From: a virus
Length of the DNA stretch: 64,000 bases
Virus record (IMG/VR): IMGVR_UViG_3300035674_000001
Location: 1-64,000 of that record
Reading direction: 5' to 3' (one strand)
Of the stretch, positions 9,233-19,141 are shown in pieces. The position numbers and the translations under genes were made by a program. The notes under the pieces are model-generated. The model was not told the DNA's origin and made no database searches. It saw nothing but the letters and a program-made list of their open reading frames with translations. The first letter of the stretch is position 1; each line of letters starts with the position of its first letter.

Positions 9233-10030
9233 TTATCTATTCAAATTTACGGTACTGCCATTGCGTGTTTTAGTTTCTATTAATTGTAACGGGAAGAGAT
9301 TTGCCGTTGACTGATTTAGTACTTTAGATTGGGTTATTTCTCCCATTGCTCGGAATACTGCATCTGATCTGTTACGAGTATTGCTACTGATTATTTCTTT
9401 TAAGTTGGTTGATGTAATAGCAAAAGATTGATTCTGAACCTGAGTAGAAATAAGAGACTGAGAAGATGCTAGAACTGTGCCTGATGAAGCAGATAGCGTA
9501 TTTGTTTCATACAGCTTTAGCGAGTTTATTGCATTGCCAAATGAACTGCTTTTAGCAATAGTCGAAATAATTGGCGATGAACTAGGGACAGTATTCCAAT
9601 TATCGGCAACTCGAATAGTTCCAATTACATCTGTTACTAATTGCAGATCTACAGTGCCACTAACTCTAACTAGTGGCACTTGTACAATAATAGCTGCTTC
9701 ATGATTAATTTTAATTGTTCCGTTTATAGGTGTTAAATCTAAATCTTCAACATAAGTTAGTGATCTAATAACTCCTTCAATGCCTTGATAAAAAACAACA
9801 TCTTGGCTAACGGTACGTGTAATCTTTTCAGTGACAACAACAGTAAATGTTGTTTGTAATACTGGATATTTCAAGTTAGATGGAAAAGCCGTTAATGTTA
9901 CAATCCATTCTCCTGGTGTGCTGACTTTGCCAGTTATCAAGTTACTTTCAATTTTTAACTCTGGCGGTAAGTTTAAAGCGCTAAACATGTATTTGCATTT
10001 AGCGCCAATCACAAACAAGGGAATTGGCAT
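9233..10030 (-). CDS. tail-associated structural protein
   Basis: 265 aa, S/T/N/V-rich with repetitive beta-strand character. The start lies 5 nt after the stop of 10035..12080. Confidence 0.4.
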   Translation of the reverse strand: MPIPLFVIGAKCKYMFSALNLPPELKIESNLITGKVSTPGEWIVTLTAFPSNLKYPVLQTTFTVVVTEKITRTVSQDVVFYQGIEGVIRSLTYVEDLDLTPINGTIKINHEAAIIVQVPLVRVSGTVDLQLVTDVIGTIRVADNWNTVPSSSPIISTIAKSSSFGNAINSLKLYETNTLSASSGTVLASSQSLISTQVQNQSFAITSTNLKEIISSNTRNRSDAVFRAMGEITQSKVLNQSTANLFPLQLIETKTRNGSTVNLNR

Positions 10031-10034
10031 TAAT

Positions 10035-12080
10035 TTATACCTCTTGGTTTAGTATAAATTCAAAGCTTGGCATCGATGCAATTACTGGCTCAAGACCAGC
10101 CTCTCTGGTTTCTTGAGATTTTTCATCAGTAAGATCAGAATAATAGGTGATAGCCTGATAGTCGCGCATTTGTATTTCTTGCTGTAACCCGCCAGCATTA
10201 TTGCCAATGAACATCATTTCAATACCATCTTCACCCAGGCTAATACTCTCAGAGTCAATAACATAAATTCTCTTACCAATCCCCACTAGTCTAAATGGCA
10301 ATGGGTTGCTTGTATATTCGATTGGCAAAGGCAGAGCTATTTGCATAGATCTGTATCGTTGATGTTGTAGTACTCCCACAAAAGCTAGATAGGCTTGAAG
10401 TTCACCTCTACTTTGTAATGTACTAGCTGATACCGTATCTTCTCTTTTGTAGTTACCAGAAATAGCATCAGAGTTGAAATATATTTCTTCAGAAAAACTG
10501 GTATTGCAAGTTGGACATTCTGCTTGTTTAGTTGTAAAAGCAGGTGGGGTATCATTGTCTTTGCTATCAGACTGAGGAATCTTTAAATTTAACCCTGTAA
10601 CTTGCCAGTAAGCTACATCTTCAGTGAATCCTTTTTGTGTTGCTGACACAGAGTAATTCTCTCGCTGCCTAACTTCTTTCTTGTAAGAATATTCGCTACA
10701 GTTACAAGTATCACTACCTCGTGTTGTGTCTGTTCCAGAATTAACTCCAGGCTGATCCCACGTTTCAATAATTCGCTCTTTAGTTGCCAAAATATATCTT
10801 ATTCCAGGGAAAGCAACACGAGGATTGCCAGCACCTTTAAGTTTTTCTGCGTTTGTACCTAATGCAAATAATGCGGTTATTGTTTTGGCATGATATCTCA
10901 TCACTCCATCTGGTCTACCCGTAAATCCACTGGCAGGATTAAATTCTTTCCATTCTTCTTTTATTTTTTCAGCATTATTGAATAAAGTGAAATCACCAGC
11001 AAACTGTTCTGGTAGTGCAACACACAGCACTTTATCTGTTGCTATTACTTGTTCAATTAATCTACCTTGATCGTCATAATAATCTATCTTAGTCATAACC
11101 TGCGTTGTAACAACACTGCTTTCTCCTTTGTTTTTTTCGGGTGAGACAACTCCTTTGGCTTGCTTGATCTCGGTTTTTTGCGTAGTTTTGTTTAAGTCAT
11201 GTTGAGCCGGATATGTAGTTGTCCTGTTGTGCAAAACCCAGACCTTAGCACCGCTCTCGGCATCAATATAATCCCATTCTTCTTGTACAGTTGGCTTGCT
11301 GTCTTGTTTAGCGCATTTCTGATACTTCTCAACTGAGGCTGTACCAGTGAGCTTGCGCTTGGGTATATCGGCGCTAGATACTTTCTGGGGTTCGTAGTCA
11401 GTAACTTCGCCAGTCGCTAGCCTTAGAATCAAGTTGGTTTCTGATGGGTTGTCTGGATACTCAACGTCTATAATTTTGCCATCTGGCAATTCGCACAACC
11501 ATCGCTTGCGTTCACCATAATATGGTTGCAATTGACTAATGGCATTACCTTGAAAATTAGGAGGTACAGCTATGGCTGAGCCTAATCCGCCTGATACATC
11601 TAAGCTCATGCCTTGCTGATTAGCATAGCCGACAAATCGACTTGTTATTTCAGGAATAGAAGTGCTGGTACAGGGTCTAAACCCCAATGTTTTGTAATCT
11701 TTCTGTGGTAGAGAATAGCTCCAGTAACCAATGCTTCCTTCAAAAGAAAGCTCACCTTTTCCTTCTTTGCGGTTATAGAAATACTCTGTTAAATAACAAG
11801 TTGCAAATAGCCGATCATAAAAATAAAGCTTGACAATATTTCCTATTTTCCACGGATCAGGTTCATCATAGTTATTCAAGCTAGCAGGTTTGAATGTTTG
11901 GGTTAATGGTTCCCCTAAGGTTGCAGAACCAGACCACCCCATAGGTTGATTTGGCTCTGCACGAGGTCGCTTAATTGTTAGCGCCTCTGTAATACAATCA
12001 GTAAAATCATAAGCTTTGCCAGAGTCTATGCCATGAATAACAAACTTAAAGCCATAGACTACATTGAAGTTGATTGGCAT
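10035..12080 (-). CDS. large tail-tip/baseplate-hub-like virion protein
   Basis: 681-aa ORF with ATG start, first gene of the operon. Its size and position ahead of fibre-like genes suggest the role; no catalytic motif recognised. Confidence 0.4.
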   Translation of the reverse strand: MPINFNVVYGFKFVIHGIDSGKAYDFTDCITEALTIKRPRAEPNQPMGWSGSATLGEPLTQTFKPASLNNYDEPDPWKIGNIVKLYFYDRLFATCYLTEYFYNRKEGKGELSFEGSIGYWSYSLPQKDYKTLGFRPCTSTSIPEITSRFVGYANQQGMSLDVSGGLGSAIAVPPNFQGNAISQLQPYYGERKRWLCELPDGKIIDVEYPDNPSETNLILRLATGEVTDYEPQKVSSADIPKRKLTGTASVEKYQKCAKQDSKPTVQEEWDYIDAESGAKVWVLHNRTTTYPAQHDLNKTTQKTEIKQAKGVVSPEKNKGESSVVTTQVMTKIDYYDDQGRLIEQVIATDKVLCVALPEQFAGDFTLFNNAEKIKEEWKEFNPASGFTGRPDGVMRYHAKTITALFALGTNAEKLKGAGNPRVAFPGIRYILATKERIIETWDQPGVNSGTDTTRGSDTCNCSEYSYKKEVRQRENYSVSATQKGFTEDVAYWQVTGLNLKIPQSDSKDNDTPPAFTTKQAECPTCNTSFSEEIYFNSDAISGNYKREDTVSASTLQSRGELQAYLAFVGVLQHQRYRSMQIALPLPIEYTSNPLPFRLVGIGKRIYVIDSESISLGEDGIEMMFIGNNAGGLQQEIQMRDYQAITYYSDLTDEKSQETREAGLEPVIASMPSFEFILNQEV

Positions 12081-12112
12081 TAGCTGACTCTAGGGTAAGA
12101 CAATTAGCACCA

Positions 12113-12832
12113 TCATAGATCGATTGGCACCAATTGATAGACATCATTAACTTTTTGCAGTGCAATGACTTCCTTTTGTCTGATTCGCTCTCTGCTAACT
12201 TCATACTCTTCTCCTATTTCTCTAAGGCTTTTTTTAGGCTTGACAGCAAAGCGATGGCGAAGTATATACTCTTCATCTGAACTCAGCGCTACACATTTAA
12301 CTACATCATTAAACTCGCTTGATTCAAGTAACTTGATAAATGCTCTTACCAAGGGAGCTGATCTAGCATTAAATGCTCTGCCTCCCACAGAAAGCACCAA
12401 TGCTTCAGATAAAGGTAATTGCAACTCTTCAACCCGATAACGCAATGTAGCTGGATTTATCTTTGTAATAGATGCTATATCTTTTAGTTCTAGATCTTTT
12501 AATTCACCATCTACTCTAACCTTATACTTTTTTCCTTCCGTTCTACCTTTAGTAAGCTTATTTTTACCGCCATTAAGGCTGCTGGTGCTGGTTTGAGTTA
12601 TTTGCTTAAATATAGGCTTTCTCCAACCCGCTTCGGTAAAGTAGTCAATAAAAGCCTGGAATTTTGCTTGCTCTTTACTGCTCTCAACAGCCAATTGCTG
12701 AATGTGAGATAGATTGTCTCTAACCCATGTTTTAAATCCAGATTTATTTTTACTTGTATCAATACACAGTAAGGCATTTTTTTGTTTTAATGCTCCAATA
12801 GGGATTAAGTTATCATTGACTAGACTTTTCAT
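12113..12832 (-). CDS. DNA-binding protein with C-terminal sigma-70 region-4-like HTH
   Basis: The C-terminus (SSDEEYILRHRFAVKPKKSLREIGEEYEVSRERIRQKEVIALQKV) matches the region 4.2 pattern (...LxEIGxxxxVSRERIRQIExxAL.KL). A second HTH-like segment is LKDIASITKINPATLRYRVE. No region 2 recognised. Confidence 0.5.
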   Translation of the reverse strand: MKSLVNDNLIPIGALKQKNALLCIDTSKNKSGFKTWVRDNLSHIQQLAVESSKEQAKFQAFIDYFTEAGWRKPIFKQITQTSTSSLNGGKNKLTKGRTEGKKYKVRVDGELKDLELKDIASITKINPATLRYRVEELQLPLSEALVLSVGGRAFNARSAPLVRAFIKLLESSEFNDVVKCVALSSDEEYILRHRFAVKPKKSLREIGEEYEVSRERIRQKEVIALQKVNDVYQLVPIDL

Positions 12833-12840
12833 TGTTTAGT

Positions 12841-12891
12841 AACCCAAAAAACAATAAACTAGACTACAAGGTAATAGTCTAGTTTATTGTT
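12841..12891 (-). terminator. strong rho-independent terminator after the ERF gene
   Basis: 17-bp perfect stem (AACAATAAACTAGACTA / TAGTCTAGTTTATTGTT). On the minus strand it is followed by TTTTTTGGG. Confidence 0.85.
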
Positions 12892-12909
12892 CAACTTGTT
12901 TAATGTCAA
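12881..12909 (-). promoter_or_regulatory. sigma70-like promoter TTGACA-17-TAAACT nested in the terminator, serving 12113..12832
   Basis: On the minus strand: TTGACA (12909-12904), 17-nt spacer, TAAACT (12886-12881). The -10 lies inside the first arm of the hairpin. Confidence 0.5.
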
Positions 12910-12929
12910 GAGAGTATTGCTAACTGAAG

Positions 12930-13967
12930 CTAGAAGACATCGCTTGGCATTGTGCTTTCAGTATTTGTTTGCCAGTCTTGAAATATTTTCACAAAAGTAT
13001 CTAAATCGGGATCACTACCTGAAGCTTCTTTTACATAATCCCAAAACTCATTAGCGTTAAACTCTAATGAGTCATTGTATTTGTTAGTAAACCACAATCG
13101 AGCCAATTGCTCAATTTCATCCGAAAAATTGCCGGGGTCACTTTCAATCTTTTGCCTTGCTTCTGAGTTTTCGGCTGCATTGATATTGCACAGCGAGGCA
13201 ATCTTTAAATAACCTGAGTAAAGTGGGTTTATTTCTTGCTGCCTTTCCTTGTATTCTTGCATCGATGTAGCTGTTGCAGGCTTTTTGTTAACTTGATTGA
13301 CAGGTTGACTTTGAGTTAGCTTTTGAGGAGATTTAGCTCTGGTAGCAGTTTCACGGGGTTTTTGCTGGGTCGTTGATAATCCCGATTGAGAAGAGCTGTT
13401 ACTTTCGTGGCGTCGATTACTTGCTGCATTGCCGTCATCATCTTCATTAGCGGCTGTAATATTGAGTAATGTCATATACGCATTTCGGCGTGCATATGTG
13501 TTGGCGCTAGCAAGTTCTTGGGGTTCACTTTCAATAGGAACAGTTTCTTGACTAACAACGTAGTCAACCAGTATTTCTTTTTCTTCTCCATAGTCATTTA
13601 CTATTTTTTCTCTTCGCTTGTCCTTGATTTTATGTGTATGTGTAGTTGGCAATGGATAATATGATGAGATAAATTCTCCTGATTTATGGAATAACGTAGT
13701 AACTAAGTAGAGTTTATTGTTAATTACGTGAACCAACGGGATTACTACCAACCCTTCATCCAACAACGCTTCTTCAGTGGCTTTTAACACTTCATCAAGC
13801 GGCGCATACTCGCTTTTAAAGAACGGATTCTTTTTAGTTTTTTTGACTGGCTTAAACTGTTTCTTTGCCTTGATTAGTGCAGACAATAGTGAAGTCAAGG
13901 TTTCTGAGGTAACTATCTTGTATTCTGTGTTTACTGGGTTCATTGGTGCCATATGTTCGTTGTTCAT
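12930..13967 (-). CDS. erf: ERF-family single-strand annealing recombinase
   Basis: The N-terminal pattern ALIKAKKQFKPVKKTKKNPFFKSEYAPLDEVLKATEEALLDEGLVV matches the ERF core (K..N.FF.S.YA.L..V). The C-terminal half is low-complexity and acidic. Confidence 0.6.
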   Translation of the reverse strand: MNNEHMAPMNPVNTEYKIVTSETLTSLLSALIKAKKQFKPVKKTKKNPFFKSEYAPLDEVLKATEEALLDEGLVVIPLVHVINNKLYLVTTLFHKSGEFISSYYPLPTTHTHKIKDKRREKIVNDYGEEKEILVDYVVSQETVPIESEPQELASANTYARRNAYMTLLNITAANEDDDGNAASNRRHESNSSSQSGLSTTQQKPRETATRAKSPQKLTQSQPVNQVNKKPATATSMQEYKERQQEINPLYSGYLKIASLCNINAAENSEARQKIESDPGNFSDEIEQLARLWFTNKYNDSLEFNANEFWDYVKEASGSDPDLDTFVKIFQDWQTNTESTMPSDVF

Positions 13968-14000
13968 GATTTTACGCTTGGTTGAATTAATTACAACTTA

Positions 14001-14028
14001 ATTCTATGTCTGTTTTGATAAAAGTCAA
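14001..14028 (-). promoter_or_regulatory. sigma70-like promoter TTGACT-16-TAGAAT (CTTGACTTT box) for the ERF gene
   Basis: On the minus strand: TTGACT (14028-14023), 16-nt spacer, TAGAAT (14006-14001). ATG at 13967. Confidence 0.55.
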
Positions 14029-14056
14029 GTCACGAACAAGTTAGTAGCAAATAAAT

Positions 14057-14899
14057 ATGAGTGAAAGTATTTCGATACAATCAAGTAATCTTTCCTTCAG
14101 TTTTAACAATATACGCAAGATAGTTCAGGCTGATGTAGAGGCAGCCAAAAAAGAATGGATTCAGTCTGCGGGAAGGTTTGCAAGGTTGCTTTCTAGTTAC
14201 ATGCAAATTAATCAGGATGATTATTCTACTTACTTGACTGATGCCAATACTAGTCCTGAGTTTTACTTTGACCCAAAAAGTAACTCTTATCGTTATGTAG
14301 ATACAGGTGGGAAGGTAGCTAACTCTGTTGTTAAAGCGTTACTTGATAGCAGAATTAAGCTAGCAAGGCTAGAACTAGCGGGATATGAGAGTGCTTTGCT
14401 TAATAACAGGATTACTCTTGAGACATTTCAGGAGGCTACTGGAAGAGCCTTAAAGAGCTTGTACATCCAAAACTATGCTTTGGGTAATGGTGGATTTGAT
14501 AACATCTCTGGAGCCGATTTAGCCGCCATTGAGGGTGTTTTAACACAAGAGACAGACAGAATTAGGCGTGCCAGCGAAGCGATTAGACAGGGTCAATTAA
14601 CTATGCCTCAATTGTCAAGTGTCTTAGATAATACTGCTGGTGCTGGAAATACTATTTATCAACAAGGTAAAAAAGATATAGCCAGAGAGTCAGGGAGAAC
14701 TTTGGCTCAAAGGTTTCTGGGAAATACTATCAATGATCGGCACTGCCAAGATTGCATCGAGATAGTAGCTCAAGGTATTCAGCCTATTGAGCAAATACCT
14801 ATGCCGGGTGATAGATGTAGATGTGGCAGAAGATGTAAGTGTGAGATTGTGTTTTATATCTCACTGGAAGAGGCTGTTGCAAGCGGAATAAATAACTAG
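14057..14899 (+). CDS. Mu F / SPP1 gp7-like head-morphogenesis domain protein (tentative)
   Basis: The C-terminus (NDRHCQDCIEIVAQGIQPIEQIPMPGDRCRCGRRCKCEI) resembles the D.R.C..C...G....P..H..CRC ending of Mu F-like minor head proteins. Confidence 0.4.
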   Translation: MSESISIQSSNLSFSFNNIRKIVQADVEAAKKEWIQSAGRFARLLSSYMQINQDDYSTYLTDANTSPEFYFDPKSNSYRYVDTGGKVANSVVKALLDSRIKLARLELAGYESALLNNRITLETFQEATGRALKSLYIQNYALGNGGFDNISGADLAAIEGVLTQETDRIRRASEAIRQGQLTMPQLSSVLDNTAGAGNTIYQQGKKDIARESGRTLAQRFLGNTINDRHCQDCIEIVAQGIQPIEQIPMPGDRCRCGRRCKCEIVFYISLEEAVASGINN

Positions 14900-16308
14900 A
14901 AAGAATACTCTGTTTGCCTCAGCCTTGAAAACTGCGGATCAAAGAAAAACTTTACAGTACCTAGTTTGCCGCTTGCACGGATCTTTTTGACAATTACTTC
15001 TAGTATGCCTTTGTCTGGAGTGTCTTCATCATAAAGCTCATCTCGGTATAGGAACATTGCAACATCACTGTCTTGCATCAGGCTACCAGACCAAGAAACG
15101 TCACTTAAGTCTGGTCGCTTGTTTTTTCGTTGCTCAACATCGCGACGTACCTGAGATGCAACAATTACCGGGATATTAAACTCTTGTGCTATTTGTTTGA
15201 GTCTTCTACTAATATAAGTTAATTCACTGACTCTGTTAGCAGTAATCTTACCGAACTCTTCGCCAACATCTCTGCAACCCATTAACTGAAAGTAATCAAT
15301 AAACAAAGCACCTAGTTGACCATCTTGCTGTTGACTTCTAAATGTCTTCAACATTCCAGGAATTCTGTCTACATTGCCGGGTAACCAATCAATATAAAGT
15401 CGCTTGTGCGTTAAGTCACCCAAGGCACTACTTAGAAGCATCCAGTCATTATCATCAAGCTCTTCGCCACCGATAGTAATACGCTCACTAGTTACGCCTA
15501 CCTCTTTGTCATTTTTGCCGACTTTAATTCCAGCGGTAGTTCTTGATAGTAGTCGAGCCGCTATTTGCTTGCAGCTCATTTCTCCTGTAAGAAACATACA
15601 GGGTTGGTCATCAAGCACTGACAAATTATAAGCTAACTCACATAAGAAATGGGTTTTTCCTGTTCCGGTAAACCCTGGAATACTAATTAAGCCTCCACGA
15701 ATTAACCCATTAATTCGTTCGTCTAGATCAGTAAATCCGGTTGACGTTCCTTTTCCTTCGCCTGTAGTAGCGTCAACATAGACTTGTCCCGCCAACTCAT
15801 CTATATATCCACCTTCGGTTATTTGAGGTCGCTCATAATCTTGTCGAGTTTTAGAAACAAGTTTTTCTGCTAGCTCCAGGATTTCTTTAGCGCTTATATA
15901 GGGTAGCTTGCAACTGTCTATAATATTTAGCGCTGCATTTTCTAGTTCTCGTTTGATCCATTTGTCATGAACACTTTTGCACCATGACAAAATGTTTTCC
16001 TGGCTAAACGCAACGCCTGAATTGAGATAATCTGCGAGCTTTCTTCCATTTCGTTCAATGTTTTCTAGCAGTCCCACACCTTCAAGATGCATTCTTATCG
16101 TGATAAGATTAACTTGCTGCTTGTTCGTGTACAAGTAAATAAGCGCTTTGTAAATTTCCCGATTGCTTAATTTGGTGAAAGCATCAGGAGACAGAATCCA
16201 TTCCTGAATCTTCAGTAAGTTTTCTCCACTAACCAAAGAACAGGCAATAAGAGCATCTTCGTCATCTAACTCTTGGTTGAATTCTGCTACCGAAAGAAAA
16301 GATTGCAT
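14896..16308 (-). CDS. dnaB: replicative DNA helicase (DnaB family)
   Basis: 470 aa. Walker A: PGFTGTGKTHF. Walker B: ALFIDYFQLM. Also PVIVASQVRRDVEQRKNKRPDLSDVSWSGSLMQDSDVAMFLYRDELY. The N-terminal DnaB domain is present and there is no intein-sized insertion. Confidence 0.9.
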   Translation of the reverse strand: MQSFLSVAEFNQELDDEDALIACSLVSGENLLKIQEWILSPDAFTKLSNREIYKALIYLYTNKQQVNLITIRMHLEGVGLLENIERNGRKLADYLNSGVAFSQENILSWCKSVHDKWIKRELENAALNIIDSCKLPYISAKEILELAEKLVSKTRQDYERPQITEGGYIDELAGQVYVDATTGEGKGTSTGFTDLDERINGLIRGGLISIPGFTGTGKTHFLCELAYNLSVLDDQPCMFLTGEMSCKQIAARLLSRTTAGIKVGKNDKEVGVTSERITIGGEELDDNDWMLLSSALGDLTHKRLYIDWLPGNVDRIPGMLKTFRSQQQDGQLGALFIDYFQLMGCRDVGEEFGKITANRVSELTYISRRLKQIAQEFNIPVIVASQVRRDVEQRKNKRPDLSDVSWSGSLMQDSDVAMFLYRDELYDEDTPDKGILEVIVKKIRASGKLGTVKFFFDPQFSRLRQTEYSF

Positions 16309-16344
16309 GGCTTGGCAACTTGGTTGATTATTATAGTTAGCTAG

Positions 16345-17151
16345 TTAGTTGATTGAGCTAGACTTATCTTGATTTACTTCTAAAACCCAACCATCTTCTG
16401 TTTCGCACAATTGCACGGTGAAAGTCAAGTTGAATTCATTAAATCGCTTAATGTAAAGTTTAGCCTGGTCAATGGCTTTAAGAGAAATCATTTCTCTTAT
16501 TTTTGTGAGCTGAGATTCAGTATCTAGTACCGTCATTGTTGGTTTGCCATTAGGCAAGATAGCTAATTCTGCACAGGGATAAAACCCTTGTATCTTAATT
16601 GCCATAAGCTCAGGAATTTTTTGCCACATAGATGGCGGCATTTTATTCAAGCTACTAATAAATAAATTTAGTTTAGATCTAAGACCGGGTGCTTGAAGGG
16701 ATATGGCACGTCTAGCTATATCTTGATTATCACTCAAGTATCTAGCATGATTTACTGTTTTAGCGATTTCTTGTTCTACTTGTTTTCGGTGTTGCTCTTT
16801 ATCTTCAAGCTCTTTACATTTTAGATAAATCTCATGCGTCAGTTCCCAGTTTGACTGTTGTAAGATGCGAATAGCATGAATTCTGGGACTTTTAGGGTCA
16901 AGCTCTTTGCCAAACCATTTAATATAGAGCTTGATAAACCAGTCTTGAACTATTGGGTAGTTTTCACTGCCATTTTTTGTTCGCCACTGTCTAACCCAAG
17001 GCATTTCTTTTCTTGCCATAGACAGCCGAAGCTTTTCATCTGCCACCCTTGCAGAGCTAGTAGAATGAGCTAATTCTGCATAAATGTCTTCAGGAGAAAC
17101 AGTAGTGCTATCTAGTTTTGCTCTTAACTCAGATGTTTTTTCTTCTTGCAT
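16345..17151 (-). CDS. hypothetical replication-module protein
   Basis: ATG 17151 is preferred over the TTG at 17166. 268 aa. Lies directly upstream of dnaB; a helicase-loader role is only a positional guess. Confidence 0.45.
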   Translation of the reverse strand: MQEEKTSELRAKLDSTTVSPEDIYAELAHSTSSARVADEKLRLSMARKEMPWVRQWRTKNGSENYPIVQDWFIKLYIKWFGKELDPKSPRIHAIRILQQSNWELTHEIYLKCKELEDKEQHRKQVEQEIAKTVNHARYLSDNQDIARRAISLQAPGLRSKLNLFISSLNKMPPSMWQKIPELMAIKIQGFYPCAELAILPNGKPTMTVLDTESQLTKIREMISLKAIDQAKLYIKRFNEFNLTFTVQLCETEDGWVLEVNQDKSSSIN

Positions 17152-17223
17152 GATCAACTTTCCCAATAACCGCTAAAATTAGATCGCACATCAATACTAG
17201 CTGATAAGCAATAGAGAAGCAAA

Positions 17224-17829
17224 ATGACTGAGGTTGAAATGATTGATGCAGTAAATCAGTCTGTAGATTTATCTAATGGCAACACTCCTGGGTTGGCTGT
17301 TTTTAATGCACCGCTGCAAGAACTAGAACTGGAGACACAGCAAGAAAGCCAAGAAGACAGTGAATCTGGGTCGGATGATGGCACAAGCTCAAGGCTAAAG
17401 CTTGCAGATAAGCTGCGTGAAGCCAACGCAAGTCCATCTGTATTTCGGTCAGCATTTGCAAAATTGCGTACCAAGCTTGGGAAAGAAAAGGAACTTGAAG
17501 AATTGGTCATCAACGATCAAGCGTTCGAGAAGGCAGCATCTGAGATCTTGGAAATCTTGAAAGCCGATAAGTTGTCACTTTATCAAGAGATAGGAAAATT
17601 CTTCAAACTTACAGATTTGTCGCCTGACGAATTTGAATTGAAAGTCAAAGATTATTTTTCAGCGCTTAAGTCTGGAGAGATAACTCGACGGACAAGAGGT
17701 AAGCAAGTGCCTCAAGTTAGTGATGTCAGTTCCTTGAAAGCTCAAATCGCGCATTTAACTCCAGAAGATTTAGTTGCAATAGCCGATGAAATCAATGCTC
17801 GACGTGCAGAGCTTAACGGCGAAAGGTAG
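17224..17829 (+). CDS. hypothetical acidic protein
   Basis: 201-aa ORF with ATG start. The N-terminus is rich in E/D/S. Confidence 0.5.
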   Translation: MTEVEMIDAVNQSVDLSNGNTPGLAVFNAPLQELELETQQESQEDSESGSDDGTSSRLKLADKLREANASPSVFRSAFAKLRTKLGKEKELEELVINDQAFEKAASEILEILKADKLSLYQEIGKFFKLTDLSPDEFELKVKDYFSALKSGEITRRTRGKQVPQVSDVSSLKAQIAHLTPEDLVAIADEINARRAELNGER

Positions 17830-17855
17830 TCAGAAAATAGCCACAGGATTAATTC

Positions 17856-17894
17856 TTATCCCTTGTTTCTATTCTGGCAGTAGACAAGGGATAA
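17856..17894 (+). terminator. hairpin terminator after 17224..17829
   Basis: TTATCCCTTGT-17 nt-ACAAGGGATAA followed by TCTTT. Confidence 0.5.
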
Positions 17895-17926
17895 TCTTTA
17901 ACTAACTTAATTTCATCAGAAATACC

Positions 17927-19111
17927 ATGTTGCAAATTGAAAGTCAGGTTGTAGACAATAATCCATTAGCGCTAACAAGTTTGTTGACACAAGTTCCCCA
18001 AGACAGCATTACCACATCTATACAAAAAGAGCTTCAGGGTGTATCAGGATCAGCAATTGGTGAGCTTCAAGAACAGCTTAAAGCTGAATTAGGTGTTGAC
18101 GATGGCACCATAAGAAGACTGATGGCGTGGGAAGCTACGCTAGACAAAGACTTAGTTGTTTCTTTGATGCTAGGAACAACTAAAGCAGTCCTTGATTTTC
18201 AAATTGGTAAAATACTGACATTAATTGAAGAATCATTACCAGAAGGCTATTTTGACGTTTGGGTAAGTAAGAAAGTACCCAAAGACCGTTTGAAAGAATG
18301 GCAACAGCGGTTTGCACACTGGAAACAGATGCAGTTCGCTATAGCCTTGGGTGCAGGTTCAGAGAAAATTCCCCCAGAAGAATTTATACTAAAGTATCCA
18401 CAAGTATCTTCACAGGTTTGGATGTGGCTGGGTGGCAAGCGATGCTTGCCGGAGATCGCAGATGTTGCTTACGCTCTAATACGCAAAGGATTTGAGGTTC
18501 AAGAATTTCAGCTAAGAACGGCTCACCGTGCGCTACTTGATCAAGATGCAGGTTTGTCAAAAGAACAAAGATTGTCTTTAGCGGAAGACATCATCAAAAA
18601 CAACAATCGTTCTGAGCAAGAAAAGGGAATGGCTCCTTCTTCATCGCCAGAACTAGAAGTATTAGACGTTGACTACATTCAAGTTACGTCTGTATCTGAA
18701 ATTCCAAGCGAACTCAATGAGCATCAGATTCAAGTTCAGGAAAATCAGCTTGAAACCCAAAGCGATGGACTGGTTGAAGAAAACAGGCGATTACGCCATC
18801 TACTTCAGATAGAGAGAGAAGAGAATCAAAAGTTAAGACTAGAAATAACTAGCCTTAAATCGCAGCTTGAGTCTTTGAGGCAAAATGGGTCTGAATCTGC
18901 TGCGCTAGATTCTAAGCTAGTCGAATTACAAGAGTTGCCTTTGACTGAGATTAGGAGAAGAGCGCAGGAAGCTGGTAGCATTATTGACTTAATGGAAATT
19001 GCTGCTGCTTTTAATATTACTGTGACCAACAGGCGCGACAAGGCAAAAACACGGCAAGAAATCTTAGATGGCTTACCTGAAGTGTTTGATGAGCAATTTG
19101 CCGAGGCTTGA
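17927..19111 (+). CDS. hypothetical protein with C-terminal coiled coil
   Basis: 394 aa with ATG start. Contains ENRRLRHLLQIEREENQKLRLEITSLKSQLESLRQ. Confidence 0.55.
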   Translation: MLQIESQVVDNNPLALTSLLTQVPQDSITTSIQKELQGVSGSAIGELQEQLKAELGVDDGTIRRLMAWEATLDKDLVVSLMLGTTKAVLDFQIGKILTLIEESLPEGYFDVWVSKKVPKDRLKEWQQRFAHWKQMQFAIALGAGSEKIPPEEFILKYPQVSSQVWMWLGGKRCLPEIADVAYALIRKGFEVQEFQLRTAHRALLDQDAGLSKEQRLSLAEDIIKNNNRSEQEKGMAPSSSPELEVLDVDYIQVTSVSEIPSELNEHQIQVQENQLETQSDGLVEENRRLRHLLQIEREENQKLRLEITSLKSQLESLRQNGSESAALDSKLVELQELPLTEIRRRAQEAGSIIDLMEIAAAFNITVTNRRDKAKTRQEILDGLPEVFDEQFAEA

Positions 19112-19141
19112 TAACTAACTTGCAATTTGTGCAAGTTGAGC

